Source: Gnetum montanum | Taxonomy: Eukaryota; Plantae; Gnetophyta | Direction of reading: 5' to 3' | Assembly: GCA_015680685.1 (NCBI GenBank) | Contig: MNCI01002498.1 | Coordinates: forward strand, 248,001 to 312,000 | DNA length: 64,000 nucleotides | Shown: piece by piece, positions 40,357 through 53,120 of the stretch | Layout: each line of letters starts with the position of its first letter | How positions within the stretch are numbered: the stretch's first letter is position 1 | Notes under the pieces: model-generated | Seen by the model: only the letters and a program-made list of their open reading frames with translations | The model's database searches: none | Told to the model about the DNA's origin: nothing | Translations under genes and position numbers: made by a program

Positions 40357-42993
40357 CTAGGCTTGCTCAATGATTATGTAGATGATATAGTTGTTAGGTC
40401 CAAAGTGACCAACAACCATGCACATGACCTAGATTGTGTACTTAAATGATTCCTTAAGTATGAACTTAGACTTAGCTCTAAGAAGTGTGTTTTTGGTGTC
40501 ATGATCAGTAAGATTCTTAGCTGTGTATTATTTGAAGTAGGGATACACGTCAATATTCATAAGGTTAAGTCCATATCCAAATTAGCAGCACCTACTAACC
40601 TTAAGAAGCTTTGAGGATTCCAAGGTAGATTACAATTTATCCATAGGTTTATCACTAGGCTTACAGATAAGTTACAACCCATGCAATACTTGCTTAAGAA
40701 AGGGGTTCACTATGAGTGGATGGCTCAATGGCAAGAGGCCTTTGAAAACCTTAAGAAAGAGTTGGCACAGCTTCCAATCATCTATTTCCCATAAGAAAGT
40801 AAATCATTCTACATCTATCTTGCTATCTTTGACACATCCATTGCCTCTTTACTCTATCAAAAACATGATGATGGAGCAAAAATGCTAGTATACTAACTTA
40901 GTCATGCATTAGTTGCCCATGATATTTGATACACCAAGGTAGATAATTATTATCTAGCACTTGTCTTCTCACTAAAGAAGTGGAGGCACTACCTCTTTAG
41001 GATCCAAGTCAATGTCATTTGCAAAGGCAACATACTTAGAGTCATAACAACCAATATTTATGAGAGTAGCCATACAGCCTGATGGAAAGCCATAATAGTA
41101 GATTTTGACTTTCATTTTGTCTTTGAATCCTCAACAAAAGGTCAAGCCATAACCGTACAACTTACTATTTCACTTGTTGATGACCATGCAACCATAGATT
41201 TTGAGTTCCCTAATGAACATATCAACACTGTTAGCGCAGTGCCCAAGGGTTATGAGGTAGTCATGCACTTTGATGGAGCTTCGACTACCCATGGAACCAA
41301 TGCCACTGCCATTGTAATATTTTCATCTAGTCAGATCTAATCCTTCACCTACCATTTTCAGTTTCCATGCACCAACAACATAGTAGAGCATGAGGGTTTG
41401 ATCAAGGGGATGTTGGTAGCTTGTGACCTAGGAATCAAATGAATAATGATCAAAGTCAATTACCAACTTGTGATTAACTAAGTAACCAAGGTCTATGCAT
41501 GTAAAGCCAAACACTTACAGCCTTACTGTGACCTAGGGAAGAAACTATTACAATAATTAATAGATGTTAATATCCAACACATACCCTAGAATGAGAATTT
41601 CATAGTCAACACCATTGCAATGTTAGCCCTCAATGTAACACCAGATGTGTTTAGTAAGTTATCCACCTTAACTATGGACTATACTATCCCCATCATGAAA
41701 AGTGCTAAGGATACTTTTGTGGCCATAGTTCATACTACTCTTGCCAAGGAGTGGTATGATGATATCAAATTCTACCTTCTACATGGTGAATCTTCAGAAG
41801 GCCTAACTATTGCTCAAAAGGACATTATATGTAAATGATCAAAATAGTATGTCATAGTAGGTGATAAAACATTATGTTGATGGTCCTATGATGATTTATT
41901 GTTAAAATGCTTGGGTAAGACTAAAGTTAGAACAATCCTAGAGTAGTTTCATGAGGGTATTTTTGGAGGACATATAGGACCTAGAGTTATGACTGATAAG
42001 ATTAGGTAGTTAAGCTATTATTGGTCCTATATGGAAAGTGATTTCCTATAGAAGGTTAAGATCTATGAGATGTGCCAATGACATAGCAATCTCATTCATG
42101 CACCACCAAGTAAGTTACACATTGCTTAGATCACTTGGTCATTTCAATAATAGGGGTTGGATATCATTGGACCTATAACACCTAAGTATTCCACAAGACA
42201 TAGCTTCATTATCACTACAACTAAATATTTTACCAAGTGGGTTGAAGTTATTTACTTGAGAAGGATAACATATGAGAAAGTCTATAAATTCATTTTGGAC
42301 AACATAGTAGCTCATTTTGGCATACCTATGACCATAGTTATAGATAATGGACTGCAATTTAGTAGCCAAGAAATAAAGAAGTTTTGTCATGACCTAGACA
42401 TTAAGCATTATTTCTCTTCACCTTATTACCCTCAAGCAAGTGGGCAAATAGAAGCAAGCAACAAGGCCATCATTAACTTGCTCAAGAAGATGCTCAAAAA
42501 TAGCAAGCACAAATGGAATAAGTGGCTTGTTCATGCACTTTGGTCCTATCATACAACCTATCATACAAAAATTGGTGTAACAACCTATAGCTTGGGTTAT
42601 GGTTCTAAAGCTATTTTACCTCTTATATTGCATGTACTATTGCTTTGGGTAGCCCAATCCAACTTCATTGATGATGAGTAAAGTAAGGAGTTGTGAATAG
42701 TGATCCTAGATTTGGTGTAGGAGCAACATGTGCAAGTGCTTACTCACGTTGAGCAACATCAAGAGAGGAAAAAATGATAACACCACCATAACTTGACCAA
42801 GTGTAAGATTAAGGAATATGACTTGGTCCTCAAGGCTATCTGCAAGCATACAAATAAATTCTCAACCAACTCGGAAGGGTCCTTCCTTATCACCAAAGCC
42901 TAAAGATATAGAGGATTCAGGATGGCCAACATGGATGGGATTGAGTTGGCCATTCCAGTAAATCATTCCTATCTAAAGACTTATTACATGTGA
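40357..42993 (+). pseudogene. RT C-terminal half, RNase H, archaeal-type RNase H (aRH) and integrase (inner Tat element)
   Basis: YVDDIVVRSK, MHFDGAS and CTNNIVEHEGL (aRH), HEGIFGGH, LDIIGPI...YFTKWVE...DNGLQF...YYPQASGQIEASNK (INT). Confidence 0.93.
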
Positions 42994-43339
42994 CTTAGAT
43001 GTGATCTATAATAGCCATGACCTCGACAACCATCAATGAATGAATTTTCTTAGAGTTGTGCTTGTATCATAAACCTTGGAGCTATTACAAATGTGTAACC
43101 CATTAAGGCAACAAGCCACCACATGACCTCGATCTGCATAATTTGGTGAGTTTGTCTTGCTATGGCAAGAGTGCTTGTACCATTTATATCCCTCTACCAC
43201 CACTCCTTGAGCCCAACCTTGTAGCCTCATTATGACCTTTCATACCTTGAGCAACAATGTTGACCAATGCCTGACATTTAAGCATTTATGACCATGTGAC
43301 ATTTTTGTTTGTCATGCTTCACTTATAAGTTTACTTGAA

Positions 43340-43470
43340 TGTAATACATCTCATTCAGTGGAAAATCACTAAGTCCATTAGACATAACACATCTTACTTA
43401 TTGGGATAACCCCCAAGTCTATTGAGTGTAATTCAACTCACTCAATAGGAAAACCCAATCTAATCAGCCT
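43340..43470 (+). repeat. ~44-bp degenerate tandem repeat x3 in 3' UTR
   Basis: TGTAATACATCTCATTCAGTGGAAAATC / CATAACACATCTTACTTATTGGGATAAC / TGTAATTCAACTCACTCAATAGGAAAAC. Confidence 0.55.
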
Positions 43471-43927
43471 TGGTAAAGAAACCCAATGAATGTTTCACCC
43501 CATAGAAAAAACAAAAAAAATAGAGAGAAGAAAACTACCAAGAATCCAAATGGACAATAAAGCCCCAAATCCCAATGGCCAAAGTAACCTTGGAGTGAAG
43601 TGATTGGGCCCTCAAATGTGTTTGCTAAGTGATCAACACTTCAAGACATGAGGTGTCAAAAACACCGATAGATAAATATGTCAGTGACATAGCCATGGTA
43701 TCAACATCTAGAATGCTTTTTTAGCTCTCATAATCATTTCTCATTGATCTTAAGATCATTTCCTCATCATAGTCTTATCCCATCATCATAAGAACTCTTT
43801 GGCATGATTTGACACAATTGGATAAAGTGTAGAGAGGGACTATCAATGGTGAACCTATAGTGGTGTTTTGTATTCTTTGTCAATACCTCTTGAGTTAAAC
43901 CTCTAGATACCAACAAAGAGGGGCCAT

Positions 43928-45185
43928 TGAAAAACCACCAAAATTTGCAAGTTGTGACCAGTTTTCATCATGTATACTTCACCCCATGAAACCCAAGGTA
44001 ATACTTCATTGTAAATGTGAAGATTGTAATACATGAGGAGTAATCTCACATATTTCTTACTTTTGGGGCTGAAAAATATCTCATAAGTGCTCAAAGCCTT
44101 ATTTCCCAAGTGAAAAAATTTACATAGTGTTCATGTTTAGGCTTGGGGGGTTAAAAATGCCTTTTGGGATGCCAAAACTGGTAATTTGATGGCTTTTATG
44201 GGGGTATATACTTTTCTACATTGGAAACACCTACAAGGGATAGATCTCACCTAGCCCTAGTGTGGAGAGGTGTGGATCACCTACTCCCAACGTGAAAGAG
44301 TAGACTTTAGCATGGAGGGGTATGGTGGCATCTATGCTCGGTGTGGAAACTTCACCCCCAGCATGGATACTTCACCTCCAGTGTGGAGATTGCATGGTCA
44401 ATGTAGAGACTACATGCCCCCAACTTAGAAGCCACATGCACCAAATTTCAACATTCCATGCACTTCAACATTGACCATGCACTCCAACGAGGATGACGGA
44501 AGGCCTAGCATAGAATATCTACTTCCAACATAGATGTTGTGCCCCTATTACTATTTATAGTAAAAAAATGGCCATGGGGGTTTGGCACTTTTCATACATA
44601 GTAATCCTCCAAATTGGACACCCATCTCACATGTACATGACAAAAATTTATAGAAATTTGTAGCCAATCTATCAATTGGATTACAACTAATTTACAGAAA
44701 AAAGGAAGGAACAAAACTTGTGAAAATTAGCCTCAAAAATCATTTTGAGGTTCCACACTTTGGAATTTTGAGCATTATAGCATTTTTGGCACCTAAGAGC
44801 TCTTGCAAAACCTACAAAAATGTAGCTTCTTGGAGCCTTCCAGTGTGGAACCCTTGTACCCCTGTGAGCCCCTTGAGATATGTGAGTTTTTGATTTCTAC
44901 ACTACACTCTTGAAATCCCCAACTTCCAATGTAGAGCACTTTGGTAGCTAAATCCTTCACATTTCTCAAACCTGTGCCCCCCCTCTCGAGTAGTGACCAT
45001 TTTTGTACTTTTGGAGTAGTAGCAAAGGAGGTTCAATAGCATTGTGNTAGTAGCAAAGGAGGTTCGATAGCATTGGGAGTGGTTGAGCATTCGGCTCATG
45101 AAGTGGACCATATTGACTTCAATAGACTTTAAACCCCTACCCAAGTGTATCCCCTTTGGTCTTCCACAAGAAACATTTGTACACA
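43928..45185 (+). repeat. 3' LTR of inner Tat element
   Basis: Starts TGAAAAACCACC right after the PPT AAAGAGGGG and aligns with 15589-16833. Confidence 0.88.
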
Positions 45186-47099
45186 TAAATGATTTTTGTA
45201 AGCTTTGAGTTTCCAAAAGTAATGTTTTGTTGGCATAGAACTACTGATACTTTCCTCTTTTCCATAGCTTGTCCAAACATTTCCTATTAACTATTGATAC
45301 CTCTTCTCATAAATGATTTCTATAAGCTTTGTAGGAAATCTAGGAATAGCCCCCTACATAGCTTGTAAAATAGGTTTTTTCCTAAGCTACTATAAATTAC
45401 TATATGGATGTAACTAATACATAATTTCAAAAATTTTATAACTCCTTGATGAACCCACAAATTTTGTGACATCAATGAGGTTTCACCAAAGAGATACTTG
45501 CTCTTGTTTGGTCATTGATTTCTTTGCTTGTTCTTTATAATGCTTCTTTCATCTACTAGGAGGAAAAACATAGGCTTGATGACTAAGATCCTCAGTGCTA
45601 CAACATCCCTATAGAAACTGAAAAATTAGTCTTTGTTTGTGTTGAAAATATAGTTTTTGTGTCAAATTCTATTAGTTATAAATATAACTTATATTTTCAC
45701 ATTATATCTAAAAACTTCACTTTAAAAATTTCTACACTCTTTTATGTCAATAATCATATTAAAAGTTCATTATAATTATAATGTGATATGTATAGTTCTA
45801 TTTAAGCTATAAATATTCATACTTTGCATTGAAAATGTTTTGATGCAATACATCATTCCTCATGATAAAGTTATTTGATCAACACTTAACCTTTTGTGAA
45901 GCAAGTGACATTAATTTCTTTACATTATGTTCTTTACATGAAAACCCCCATATCCATATTTTCTTAAAATTCACAAGAATGATTATGAATTATACCTTGA
46001 AAATGTTTTTATACACTTACCTTTGTATATTAAATTTGAAACATTGGCTAGATCTAGCTTTAAATAATTTAAAAGCTTTTAATTCCTAGTGTCATTGTTT
46101 ATTATTCTATTCTAAAATAGTAATGCAAAATCAAATTTTCTTCCTACATCTATGTTGTGAGTCTATTAAAACCCTAGGTAAATAATGTATTTCCTATTTA
46201 GAATTTGTAAGTTAAAACATACAAACACATGTAATCAATTTCTAGTTGTCAATCTATGAAACTTTATTAAAATCCTCAAAACCAAAATAAAAACATTTGT
46301 TCTCAATCCCCACAAAAAAATCAAATCTAAAGCTTAAATCTAATCTTTAACAACCTTGTAAACTATTAGCTTTTACTAAATCTATTCCTAGAATTTAACT
46401 TGCTAGCTAAAATTTGCATAAAATTGCACAAACTAAAAATGTTTATCACAATATACCGAAGGAAAAAGATCAAACTCTACAAAAAAAATTCCTAATTAGG
46501 ATTCATATAAATTACATTTCAGCCTTGGAATGCAATGTGCAGGAATGAGTAACTTCCTACTACCATTGGTCTCACTCTTAGGCCCTTCCCTACTACTACC
46601 ACTTTTGACTTCTTGTTGCTTAGTGCTCCTATTGCTTTTTTCTTATAGCTCTTCTCTCACATCATTTGCTAAATTTCTCTACTACAAATGAAAGTTTTCA
46701 TGTTAAATTTTTCATATTTATTGAACTTCTACGAATTTTTGATTCACGATAGTTTAAAATCATGTAACTTTAATGTTTTATATTATTTATTTTCTAAAGC
46801 TCTCATAAAACTTGATTTTTCTAATTCTGGTTTAGGTAAACATGGTTTCCTATCTAGCGTCTTTGCTTCAACCTATGGTCTTGAACTATCCTTCAAACTA
46901 GGTATTTCAAGCTATAGATCCCTCTTTTATTGACATAGAATCAAGTTCAACTTCTCTTATATCATCTATAGACATCGCTGAGGATGAATTGCATTCCTAG
47001 TTGAATATTGCTTTCCTTGATCAAGATATTCTTTTAACAAATGATTACTTAATTAACTTACCTGTACTAAGCCATAAGGGTAAAAAAAGACTCTTCAAC

Positions 47100-49680
47100 T
47101 TAATGCTCTTCTTTTGCAAGATCTTAAAGAAGCTCTCTTAAAATTTTCATAAACATTTAATGGATTTTTATTGAGGATATAGTAATATGCCTAGTCTAGA
47201 TACAAAGCTAGTACAACATAACATCATTTTGAAAGAAGATTCCACAACTAGTAAATAGAAGGTTAGGAAAATCCATATAGCTATAAATCTTAGTATAAAA
47301 GAAGATATCACTAAACTCTACAATGTCAAATTCATTCACCCTGTTGACTTTTCTAATTAGTATTTTAACATGGTTGTAGTTCTTAAAAAGAATGGTGGTA
47401 TTTGTATATGCATCAACTTTTGAGATCTTAACAAGGTTATTCTTAAGAATGATTTTTCTTTACCAAATATTGATCAACTCATAAATTCCATGGCTATCCA
47501 TGCTCTTTTATCCTTTATGAATGATTTTTTTGGTCACAATCAAATCTAGATAAATCCAAAGCACTAGTAATATGTCACTTTCATGTTTGTGTAGGGAATA
47601 TTTTACTATACTAAAATGTGGTTTGGACTCAAAAAAGCTAGAGCTACTTATGAATGAGCTATGACTTTCCTCTTTAATAACATGATGTTTAAAATAGTTA
47701 ATAATTATGTTAACAATTTAACCATCAAGTCTACCTTGGCAACTAAACATGCTTCTAACTTAGATCAAGTTATAACCTGTTGTTATAAGTTTAACCTATG
47801 TCTTAAAACCAAGAAATGCATCTTTGGGATTCTTATGGAAAAAATGTTGGCTATCTTGTATCAAAGGTAAAGGCCTAGTTCATCTTATCTCTTCTTATGA
47901 ATCAACTAATGTTGTTCATAGCCTATATACTAACACAAAGAATTCATATTTTGCCCTTTATTTTGACGGAGCATAAACTTTCTTCGGATCTAGTATAGTT
48001 TATGTCCTTAGTCCTTCTACTAAACAAGTCCTCGATAGGTCTTATAAGCTTGATTTTTCTTCACTAATAATATAGCTGAATATGAGGCTATGATATGAAG
48101 TCTCTTACTAGTCTTGTAGAATCAGGTCAAGACTATTACTATTTATAGTGGCTCTTAGCTCATCATATATCAAGTTAATGGTGAATATAACTGTAAGACT
48201 CCTCATGTAGTTTCTTATCTAGGAATCACTAAAGAACTTAACATTTCCTTTTCTATTCATATCTTGAGCCATATTCCATGCTCTAAAAGCATGCTAGTTG
48301 ATGCTTTGGTAACATCTAAAATTCATGTTGATCCTTCAGTCATATGAGAGTAACTTTTACAATTAGTTTTCTTAACACCTATCACAAAATACTCTAATAT
48401 CTTGGTTGGTTCTATTAACAAAAATGATAAGAATCAACAATACATTGATCTTCTTTATTACCTAGCTACTAAATAAATTTCTAATCATCTAACACCTGCT
48501 CAACAAGAGGTTTTTTGAAAATGTATTTGGTATTTCCAATTAGTAAAACCCAATATTTTATGTCGATTTTCTTTAACAAGAATTCTTCTATGTTGTCTTA
48601 ATCCTCTGGAGCCCAAAGTAGTTCTCAACCAACTTCATTCAAAAGCTTACGATGGGCATTTGGAATAACGATCCTTAGCTACTCGTATTACTTCTTTAGG
48701 CTCTTGGTGATTAACCTTAGCTAAAGATTCTTACAATCTAGTTAAGACATATAAAACCTACCAAATTTAGGCATTTCTTATCTATCTCCCCTTAGAAAAA
48801 ATCAACATGTCTAAAATCATGTAACCCTTTCAAAAATATAGCCTAGATCTCATTGGTGTCATTAATTCTCCTTCATTAACTAGATGCTAATTTATTTTAA
48901 TTACTATGAAATATCTAACTTAGTGGGTAAAAGTTTTTTCTTTGTGTTCCACAAAGTTCTACTTGATTTATTGTTTCATTTTTGATCACATAATAACTCA
49001 CTTCAGTGTACCTTTTCAAATTATAACTAATAATGGACCTTAATTCAAAAGTAAGAAGATAGTTGATTTCTACTCCATGTATCACATTACCCTATCATTT
49101 TCATCACCTCATTACCCTTAATATAATGGTTAATTTGAATCCACTAATAAACATCTTATTTGTTTCCTTTGCATCATGGTCAATAAAACCCAATGTAATT
49201 AGCATATACAGTTATCCCATACTCTTTGGGTTCACTAAACTACTTTTTGTACAACCACTTGTTGTACCTCATATTTCCTAACCTATGGTTTTAAGGCAAT
49301 CTTACTAGTTAAGATTCATATTCTATCTCTCAATATTTATCTTCATGATTGGTGTTCATATCAAGATAAGAACCATATGTGATGCACTAAGTTAAATCTT
49401 CTTGAAGAAGAATAGTAATTTGTTCTTCAATATCTATATGAATATAAAGAAAATATTCAATGTCACCACTTTAGACATGCCAAAAATAGAGAGATTCTTG
49501 AGGCTGATCAAGTCCTTCACTATTTTCCAAACTTTAGAGATATAAAGTTCTTCCCCAATTGATAGAGTCATTTTCTAGTAGTTGAATCTCTACAAAATGG
49601 TGCCTACAGTCTCTCTAATCTGGAAGGGTATTAGTTTCTAGATTTTGTAAATAGAATCTTTCTAAAGTACTACCATATGT
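47100..49680 (+). pseudogene. RT, aRH and integrase remnants of outer Tat element (RNase H deleted)
   Basis: VVVLKKNGGICICINF, FGLKKARATY, YVNN (decayed YVDD), LYFDGA, TNNIAEYEA, GLDLIG. Confidence 0.88.
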
Positions 49681-49796
49681 AGTCAACTAATATATCATAG
49701 CATTGAACTTGCTGACTATTTAAGATAAAACATATGTTCTCCCAATAATAGTTTGTTTTTTATCAACTCTTTTATATTATGATAAGATATTTTTGG

Positions 49797-51459
49797 TGAT
49801 CGTTTGGGACGCGACCACCAACGAGTGTCCTCGAATAGGATTTAGGTGCCTGTTGGTCTCTGGCAACACCAAGGCCCAGATACCTCCAAATAAACTTAGT
49901 AGTTAATGTGAGTATGTGTGTGTGCTGTTGCGGCGTGTGGTTGTGAAATATGAAACGATTGCATTGTGTGTAAACTACAAATGACTTGTCTTAAAGAGAT
50001 TCAGCCAACTTTGCCAAGTACTGTGAGTTCTTGAAAATTTCCTATTTTGTTCAACTGCCTAGTCTACGCGGTCCTTATAATACCTACTTGTAACAAATAA
50101 AATTTTGCAAAAACATTTGAGCACAACTCCGCAATCTACTCCTAATTTTCCCCAGAGAAAGAGATAGTTCCACAAGAAAACTAGAAATAGAGCAAGATTC
50201 GATGGAAATAAGCAGAAAAGAAAAGAAAGCAGATTTGTGTAGACCTCAAATATTTAAACAAGGTAAAATGACACGAGTAAACACTTCGCAATAAAGCTAT
50301 CCCAAATTCAATATCTACGAATTGTTCAAACTTCCAAGGCTCAAACAAGCAATATCTTCAAGACAATCCTACTATGCTACCAAAAATTGCTGCGTAAACT
50401 ACCACGTACGAGACTCCATTTTGACTAGATAATAGATGTCAACGATTGCATTCAAACAGAACCTTTAAAAGACTTGACAATTTCTGATTGAAATACCACG
50501 GGAATTCACTTTAAAGATAAAAAGAAGCTATTCTGGTCCCATCAAAATACCAAAGATTTTCTGAACCCTCTCGACTACTGAATTGTTCAACGGCATGACT
50601 ACAAACAGAGGCTCTCTTACAACAATCCCAATAGCAGTTCCCACACGTTGCACAATAACGAAATTTACTACTAAAATGCTCTTAAGGCTTTTAAACACAA
50701 GCGCTTCTATGGCAAAATTTTAATAGAAATTTCTTTCGGGCAACAAGAACAATAAGAGCAATCTAAAAATCCCAAAATTACTTGCCAAGGATGATACTAT
50801 CTAAACCACTAGCTAAACAATTTAAAAAAAATAAAAAATAAAAAAAATAACTCACAGAACTATGACAAAGAGGCTGAAATCTTTCCTTTAGCAAGCCATC
50901 TTACAAGCAATCTTCTTTACAAATATTCCAAGTGTGTGTCCCCAAGTGAGAGCTTCCAAAAGTGTTCTAAAATTGAGACCCTTCCTCTCCCCTTCCTACC
51001 CTTGAAGCCATTTTATAGGGTCTAAGGTAGTTAGGTAAGTTACAAAATATCTTGGGTGGTCATAACCGCCATAAAGACAAAAAATCTATGGTTGACAAGT
51101 GTCCCATGTAGTTGCCAAGTGTCTTCATTCAGTTGCCAAGTGTTCACCATGGAGAGAAATGAGTTGCAGTTGACAAGTGGCCTTTGTGGAGATAAAGAGG
51201 CTATTGTTGAAAAGTGGCCTTGGTGGTGGTTATAACCACCATTTCAATTGACAAGTGTTTAATTCACATGGTACTTTGAACAATTGTTGCACAATTTCCC
51301 TTTTTAAATCATAAACTATTTTATTGTTATTTACATCATAGTAGTAACTATCATAGGAAGTTACAACTTCCATATGAATAAAAGGGATAATAGGCAAATG
51401 TCTCTTTATCCCTAAATAATAGGTGTTTGTTGTTTTTCTAAAAACAAATCTCATTATCA
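49797..51459 (-). mobile_element. Probable solo LTR (~1.66 kb)
   Basis: TGAT...ATCA termini, minus-strand CCCTATAAAA at ~51011-51020, repeated GTTG(A/C)CAAGTG motifs at 51090-51260, more CpG than flanks. Flanks TTGG/TTGA are only an imperfect TSD. Confidence 0.6.
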
Positions 51460-51814
51460 TTGAAAATTATACTACTTGCTAACGTCCAACAACTAAAGTA
51501 GAGAAGGAAAGAGGTCCAACGAATGATGCAGGTGTAGCATGCCCTGGGAGTTAACAAATTTGCAGCAGCAACAAAGCTCACATGAGGATGTTCATGACTC
51601 GTTAGTTGCAGGAGTGGAGCTAGTGGGGACCACAGGAGATGACGGTGGTGTCGTTAGGGCTTGATGCAGGCCATGAATTTTATTCACTTGAAGCATTGTT
51701 CTATGTTCATATTCCTCTCGCAAGAACCTTTATTCATTTATTTTTTGCTTGAACTGGGCAGGGTCGAGTAATGTGTGGTTGAGTGCATCAGGAACAGAGA
51801 AGAAGGGACTCTAA

Positions 51815-52650
51815 TTAGAAGCCAAGCTCAGATTGTGATGCTTGATACGTTGATGCTTCTTCGTCATAAATCTGTCCATCAAGAATTGCAGAGCATTTTT
51901 CTGCACTCTCGAATTTCGACGTTCTCGGGGTCATCGGGGAAGCGCGCGAGGGCATAGGTGGCAAAAACCCTAACGACGGGGGGTGGTCATGGAGGCAACA
52001 TTGCACAATAGCAATAATGACATCCCAGGCCTCACTGGAAACCTTAGCATCGTCAGGGAGGTGCAGCAGAATTTTTGAAGAAAACTAGCAGGCGCGGAAT
52101 CTGACGGTCTTGCTGGCCGTGTCTGTGCAGAAAAGAATTCCTCCAGAAACGCTTTGCACTTGTTGTTCATGTCACCGCGGAACCGTAGTCGGAGTAGCCC
52201 AAATCCAGAATAGAAACTCTGCTGAATTTTGCATCGTCACTGGTGGCAAGTTTTGCAGCATCGCTGTCACCACCGGTGCTCGGCTCGGTCATCGTCGATG
52301 GTGCTACGGCGTCGGAAGTAGTGACAACAGTAGGGGCGGCCGAAACAGAGGCTGAGACATCATCATCACTATTTTTTTGTGGTTGTCTATGATGTGGATG
52401 TTGGTGNGTCATCATCAATATTTTTTTGTGGTTGTCTATGATGTGGATGTTGGTGGTGGTGATGTTTGTTTTTGTGACGATCAGAACTGACATGGACGTT
52501 ACGGAGGAGGCCACTGGCAGTCTAGTAGTGTTGGCAGTTGTGGCAGAAGTGGCGCAGCTGGTTCACATTGTAGTTGTTGTAGTAGCAGAACTTGGTGTCA
52601 GTGCTGTGAACATGGACAAAGGAGAAACCACATTTTTTTTGTCTTCATTT
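51815..52650 (-). pseudogene. Dof zinc-finger transcription factor pseudogene, CDF/COG1-like
   Basis: 52465-52618 reads CP(frameshift)[46 protein letters not shown], matching the Dof consensus. W>stop at 52522-52524. Confidence 0.93.
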
Positions 52651-52689
52651 AACCATATTTTGTGGTTAACTAGTAAATGAATGGTAGGC

Positions 52690-53120
52690 TTTGCTCCAAT
52701 AGAGCATCATCATTTCTAAGTTTCACTGTCAACTCAGCCAGAGGTAGAGGATCAGCATAGTATACAATAACCTTCCAAGTACAATTATAGCAATGAATGA
52801 CTAGTTTCAATGGAGTCTCTTCTTAGAATCTCTATTTTCACTTTAATAACTCTTCAAACGATACTTATGGCACAAACATCATCTTGTTGTTAATGTGGAA
52901 AAACACAATAGTTTGGAAAACTGAAATTGAAGATTGGAAAGCTGTCCTCAAATTTCAAGCTTTCTGTTAAAAATGTGAATAATTCATTCAACTTTCTCCA
53001 CCAAATACAGTGCATGCTCCATAACCACCTTCTCCACAGCCAAGTTTTGTACCAGTGAGTCTTAAACTTGAAACTTTGCTGAGGAATGAGCAACTGGAAG
53101 ACCCACTCCTATTCCATGAA
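52690..53120 (-). pseudogene. Scrambled xanthine dehydrogenase (XDH/AO family) fragments
   Basis: 53006-53065 LRLTGTKLGCGEGGYGACTV (2Fe-2S motif, strong). 53065-53118 HGIGVGLPVAHSSAKFQV. 52754-52789 YNCTWKVIVYYA. 52802-52816 TPLKL (weaker). Confidence 0.8.

Larger units (their letters stand above)
15589..45185 (+). mobile_element. Tat/Ogre-type Gypsy LTR retrotransposon (inner), ~21 kb without its nested insert
   Basis: Paired LTRs, gag-PR, RT-RH-aRH-INT order, PPT before the 3' LTR. PBS and TSD not convincingly seen. Confidence 0.88.
8500..49680 (+). mobile_element. Old Tat/Ogre-type Gypsy element (outer host), LTRs not identified
   Basis: gag-PR at ~9.6-12 kb and RT-aRH-INT at ~47.1-49.7 kb on the same strand, flanking the inserted element 15589-45185. 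Linking the two halves is inferred. Confidence 0.6.

Noticed and set aside
45016-45078. ~31-bp tandem duplication in the 3' LTR
   Set aside because: It straddles an N at 45047 and the 5' LTR has a single copy, so it is probably a scaffolding overlap artefact.
15584-45190. TSD and PBS for the inner Tat element
   Set aside because: Flanks ATGAG versus TAAAT/CATAA do not match cleanly and no tRNA-complementary PBS follows 16833. The LTR 3' end may be misplaced or truncated.
52358-52456. ~49-bp tandem duplication in the Dof His-rich region
   Set aside because: The copies are separated by an N at 52407, so it is probably an assembly artefact.
52167-52680. ORF-track peptides 52167-52514 and 52426-52680 as genes
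   Set aside because: They are largely alternative-frame or antisense readings of the Dof pseudogene.
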